Shown here: positions 59,872 through 64,000 of the stretch, piece by piece
Position numbering within the stretch: position 1 is the first letter of the stretch
Layout: each line of letters begins with the position of its first letter
Assembly (NCBI RefSeq): GCF_026571515.1
Contig: NW_026866323.1
Location: 1 to 64,000 of the forward strand
Reading direction: 5' to 3'
DNA: 64,000 nucleotides
Source: Ruditapes philippinarum
Taxonomy: Eukaryota
Position numbers and translations under genes: made by a program
Notes under the pieces: generated by a model
What the model saw: only the letters and a program-made list of their open reading frames with translations
What the model was told of the DNA's origin: nothing
The model's database searches: none

Positions 59872-61675
59872 TTATACCGTTTTTTCACCTTTTCTGCACA
59901 AGTATTTATAATATTCATCAATATTAGTTTCGTCATTTTTGAAATGGACGCCTTCCTTTGCAAGTTTTTTTGCCCTGAGCGCAAATTTAATTGCATCCTT
60001 TATATTTTCTCTAAGTTCAGAGATACGTGCTTGACAAAGATAGTATATCATTTCTCTCCTAAGTTCGAGTGAGGCAAGTGGTTGAAGACGAGATAACAGC
60101 TGTTCCGCATGTTCAAGGTCACTTCTGTCCACACTTTCATTTACAAGTACTTTAAAATTGCTCCGAATCTTAAGGAGTCCCATTGCGTTTTCAGTAAGAA
60201 ATATTCTATTCCATATTTGGGCTGATGTATCACACTCATCTTGCATGAAAAGTAGACCAAGGTCCCCGCGTGATATTGTGTCTTTTAAATGTTTATCAGC
60301 CGGAGAAGATGAATGACGAATTCTAGACACAAATTGTAAATCATGAAACAAAAAAGTCTTCACGAAAGTTTGGTCACAACCGTCGCATTGTGTAAATGCT
60401 TCGTCCATATAGCGTTCAGCAGAGGCCACGTGGTCCGCATGCATTTCTGTCACCGCCATCTTGCATGCGTAAATAAAATTTGTAAAATTTGGATCAACAT
60501 CAGCTGGTAGCGATTCCTTCATTTTGTCTAATATTTGAACTCTTGTGTCTCTGTCTCTGAAATGTTAATATATTGTAAAGCATTAGAACCTGATGATATA
60601 TATCTGTCGTTTGTTAATATTGTGATGACAATCTCGCATCTGTTACACAATGATTAATCTTTTATTCTTTCTTTTCAATAAGTGTTACTAAGTGTTCCAT
60701 TTTAGACTTAAAATCTTTAAGGTATAACTGTTGAGTACGAACTTGCAAACACAAAGACAATCTACTTCGTTTATAGAGAAATAACTGTTAGGCATTACTC
60801 TACTCTATAGCAATTACAATGTTTACATAAAGCACAAGAGCCTGCTGATGAAATGGTCGAATGTGACAAAAGTTTTGTTAACGAATGTAAAATTCTGCAT
60901 AACTGCTGTTGTTGATTTAAATAAGATTGATAATTTACTAATTTTGCAGCAGTAATGTATGTTAGAATTTAGAAATTAAACGTATTTCATAATGTTTGAT
61001 AAAGGCATTTTGATTTTTTGTTAGATATTTCTTGATGGTAAAGGGAATAAAATCAATATCAGCAGGAAATATAACTTAATTCTGACATTTAATGAACGGG
61101 AAAAAAATGGAAGTCAAATTAAAACAACTGAACCTGTACTGCGCCACTTTCTGGTAGGTGACCACAGCATAACGATTTACAAGGCGCTGTCTTCTTGGAA
61201 AGTTCCGTTCGGTAATAATCTCGTTTCTCAACAATGATGAACGTCTGTCTAGTTCATGTAATCTGCCAAATTCGAAAATATTGTTATCCATTTGAATTTT
61301 CATATTATTATAGTAACGAAATGTCGCACGTGTAACAGCTAAATCTGCCCCTTGTGACGGTATGACGATTCCTGAACCATATCGTTCCAGTTTCAACTCA
61401 TTAGCAAAAGCATGTTGACCAATATCTTGTAAAAAACTTATTATATCCTGAAAGTTAAGAAGTTGAAATATTCTTTTCAAAATCTTTATATAAGTGTCAG
61501 GGCCCGGCAAATGACGAAGTGATAATAAATCGAGTTTTTCTTCTATTGATATAAATCCACGTTCGTGCAACAAAGTAATAGCTTTGTTTATGTCTATATT
61601 ACTAGTTATGTATTTTGGTATTACTTTCTCGAACACTTTCCAATCACGTAAACTCACTACAGTACGATCCCCCAT
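59872..61675 (-). CDS. Uncharacterised protein with CARD-like death-fold N-terminus and TPR-like alpha-helical C-terminus, about 408 aa, 2 coding exons
   Basis: Exons 61134-61675 and 59872-60556 join by a phase-2 GT-AG intron (..VAQY-R-DRDTRVQILDKMKES..), fusing the two longest ORFs of the window. The N-terminus YITSNIDINKAITLLHERGFISIEEKLDL...FQDIISFLQDIGQHAFANELK follows the CARD hydrophobic pattern. The C-terminus has Ala/Tyr/Leu helical pairs (IYYLCQARISELRENIKDAIKFALRAKKLA). Domain calls are by eye. Confidence 0.82.
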
Positions 61676-63112
61676 GATACATGTTATTATCCTACGACAC
61701 AATTCACCCTTTTCACAATCATGCCCCAGTGAATGTGTGTTTAAAACGAAACAAACTATATGTTAAAATAGATCAGATGACTTAATTTGTACATTTTTAT
61801 CCATTTAAGTTCCTTATAGTTTATAATCTGTGCACTAAATTTTATTTAATGGTGCATTGTATTGGTTCTCGCCTATTTAACTCTAAACAATCAATATGTA
61901 ATATGACTACGATGTTGAGATATCTAAAATGACACGACAGGAAGCATTTTCTATACAAATAATGAACAAATAAAAGTATAAATAGTCCATACATACGTAT
62001 ATCAATGTTACATTAGAAGTATAAACTTGATTTCATAGGAATAACCTTTCTACAATTAACTTTGAAATGATTTGTAAGGCAAAACGCAATATTTTGCAAA
62101 TAAACAATATATTGCTGGTATGATTTAATCCCCATTACTTGATAACACTAGTGTGTTAATTTCACGCATGCGCAATCCGTAAATTGGAAAATCACAGACA
62201 TTTTTTTCTCAAACAGACCAATTATAAGCTTCATACATTTTCATACATAATAATCAATATCATTACGCGAATCACGTGATAGATCAAAGGTGATGAAGAA
62301 GTTGTTTGCAGTATAATTCAGATATTTTACACAATTGTTGTTACATGTTACAGATATCAATTTACATGTTTTATAATTATTTGGATGATGACTATTATAA
62401 ATTCTGTAATTGATAGAAGAACACTTCTATGGTATTACACTTGGAACACAGGAAATACTCGAACTTCGTTTTATGACATGCATTAAAGTAACAATATGCT
62501 AAACTTTTGCTGTCAAGTTTATACTGAGTTTATATATCATTTCAAAAGATTGACTTTTTGAAAGGTGACTGATTAATAAATGATTATGAAACATGATCAG
62601 GATAAAATTTAAATATTATCTAAATCATGAGAAGACTGCCCCACTCTGTTAAAAAATGCAAAAATTGGTATCATTCAGAATAAAATTTATAGAAATATCT
62701 GTGGGTCACGTTTTTACTGATCATATTTGCATTATAAGTAATAAATACATTTTACAAATCATACGGCCCTATACAATCATTTGTTTGCATAAAACCGTTT
62801 ATATATGACCATATAACTTGTTAAGAATCTTTATCACGAAGTAATAATACTGTGAACTTCCTTTTTTATAGAAATAAAAATAAAATTACTTCATAAGTTG
62901 ACTACAGACATATAAACGTCACGTTTATCTAATGAAAAGCGACGTTAAGTGCAGTATAATAAAATTAAATGAAAAACGTGTTGTGTATACCATAATTATA
63001 CATGTATAGTCTGTTTAGAAAACTTGTGTTCTGCCATTTTGCTTTTAGTTCACGTATAGCTGTCTTCACTATAAATTGCTCCACACCCCGTAGTACAGCT
63101 GCTGCACGGCTT

Positions 63113-63262
63113 ACTGGTTATTGTTTATCTTTCGATATTAATGTGCTTATCGGCACCTTCTTTCTGTATCGTATATATCTGTTCTATTCGTGGCTACCTA
63201 TTTCTATTTAGCCTGTATATAGCTGCTACTATTTTCCCTGGAAAAATCCATAGGAAGTTTCC
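63113..63262 (-). promoter_or_regulatory. Candidate promoter and non-coding exon 1 of the CARD-TPR gene with two kappaB-like sites
   Basis: On the minus strand, in order: GGAAACTTCC (63253-63262), GGATTTTTCC (63240-63249), TATATA (about 63215-63220), an ATG-free stretch, then donor CCA|GTAAGC at 63113-63114. A possible acceptor CGTAG lies at 61692-61693, just before the ATG. Confidence 0.4.
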
Positions 63263-64000
63263 ATGTATGATATATTTAAAAGCCGTCTAGACGATGAAAA
63301 GATAATATCGATCAGAGGCAACAGCGCGCATTCCATCATGACTTATTTTCTATTCTAATGATGAAAAGGTAATCAATCTGAAAGTTTAGGTGAAATGATG
63401 AATTCTGAATTTTAATGTGCAATCTGATCTGAAATGCGCAGATGGGTTTTATTGTGTAGAGTTTCGGTGATGCATGGGAATGTAAGGCAAGGAGATATGA
63501 TTGTAAAAAAAAAACTGTAAACATCTGAAGAGTTATGTGATTAACTTTAATTTGCTCCTGATTTCTCACCACTTACAATTGATTGAACAAGTCTGAAATA
63601 TGTCAACATTTATTTCGATTAAGGACAATGCGTGGCAATTTAGAAATACCAATTTTTCTAAATATGATTTGTTGGCTGTACTGAGTGTTGCTCCGAAATA
63701 TATAAGAAAAGGGATAGATGAGTTTGAAGCCGCCAGACTGCTTCATTGTCATGCACATATTTCACAAGGTCAGTACAAAAATCTTCTTACTAGATTGCAA
63801 AATTGCAAGGCAAAATGGCGGCCAAATTTAATTTTTGCTGAAATTTTGGCTGTTATGTCATTTGAAGAGTTAATCCAATTTATAAGACGGATGAAACATT
63901 ATGACTTTGCAGCAGAACTATTGACAAAAAGAAATGGTGACAGGGTTTACATAGTCGATGGAGCTGATATCGGTGTTTCAGAGAATATTCTGACGTATTA

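Noticed and set aside
63811-63822. YY1-like CAAAATGGCGGC motif suggesting another promoter
   Set aside because: It is a single short motif at the window edge, also common in repeats, with no gene visible to attach it to.

Overview
This is AT-rich, intron-rich animal genomic DNA, not prokaryotic. The repeat landscape looks like a bivalve mollusc, which is an inference. I assembled six spliced genes by hand from GT-AG junctions with consistent reading frames. (1) A 12-exon class I, [4Fe-4S]-type fumarate hydratase with a mitochondrial-type leader (-, 4662-18206, 571 aa). (2, 3) Two tandem paralogous uncharacterised multi-pass membrane proteins with matching exon structure (+, 20378-27652 and about 31819-39585). 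(4) A two-exon small heat-shock protein with a perfect HSE and TATA box (-, 42030-44552). (5) An 8-exon caspase with one DED-like prodomain, an NLS-like micro-exon and QACRG (+, 46658-52763). (6) A two-exon protein with a CARD-like N-terminus and TPR-like helical C-terminus, convergent with the caspase (-, 59872-61675). Introns and intergenic DNA carry many non-autonomous elements: eight copies of a 235-bp palindromic MITE, a deleted Tc1 element, Helentron/pearl-like elements, TTAA-flanked MITEs, minisatellite-filled TA-flanked elements and tRNA-derived SINEs. There is a 140-N gap. The best leads are the Fe-S fumarase, the caspase plus CARD-TPR pair with kappaB-like sites, and a perfect ISRE in front of the unknown membrane protein. 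No database searches were possible, so family calls rest on motif recognition.
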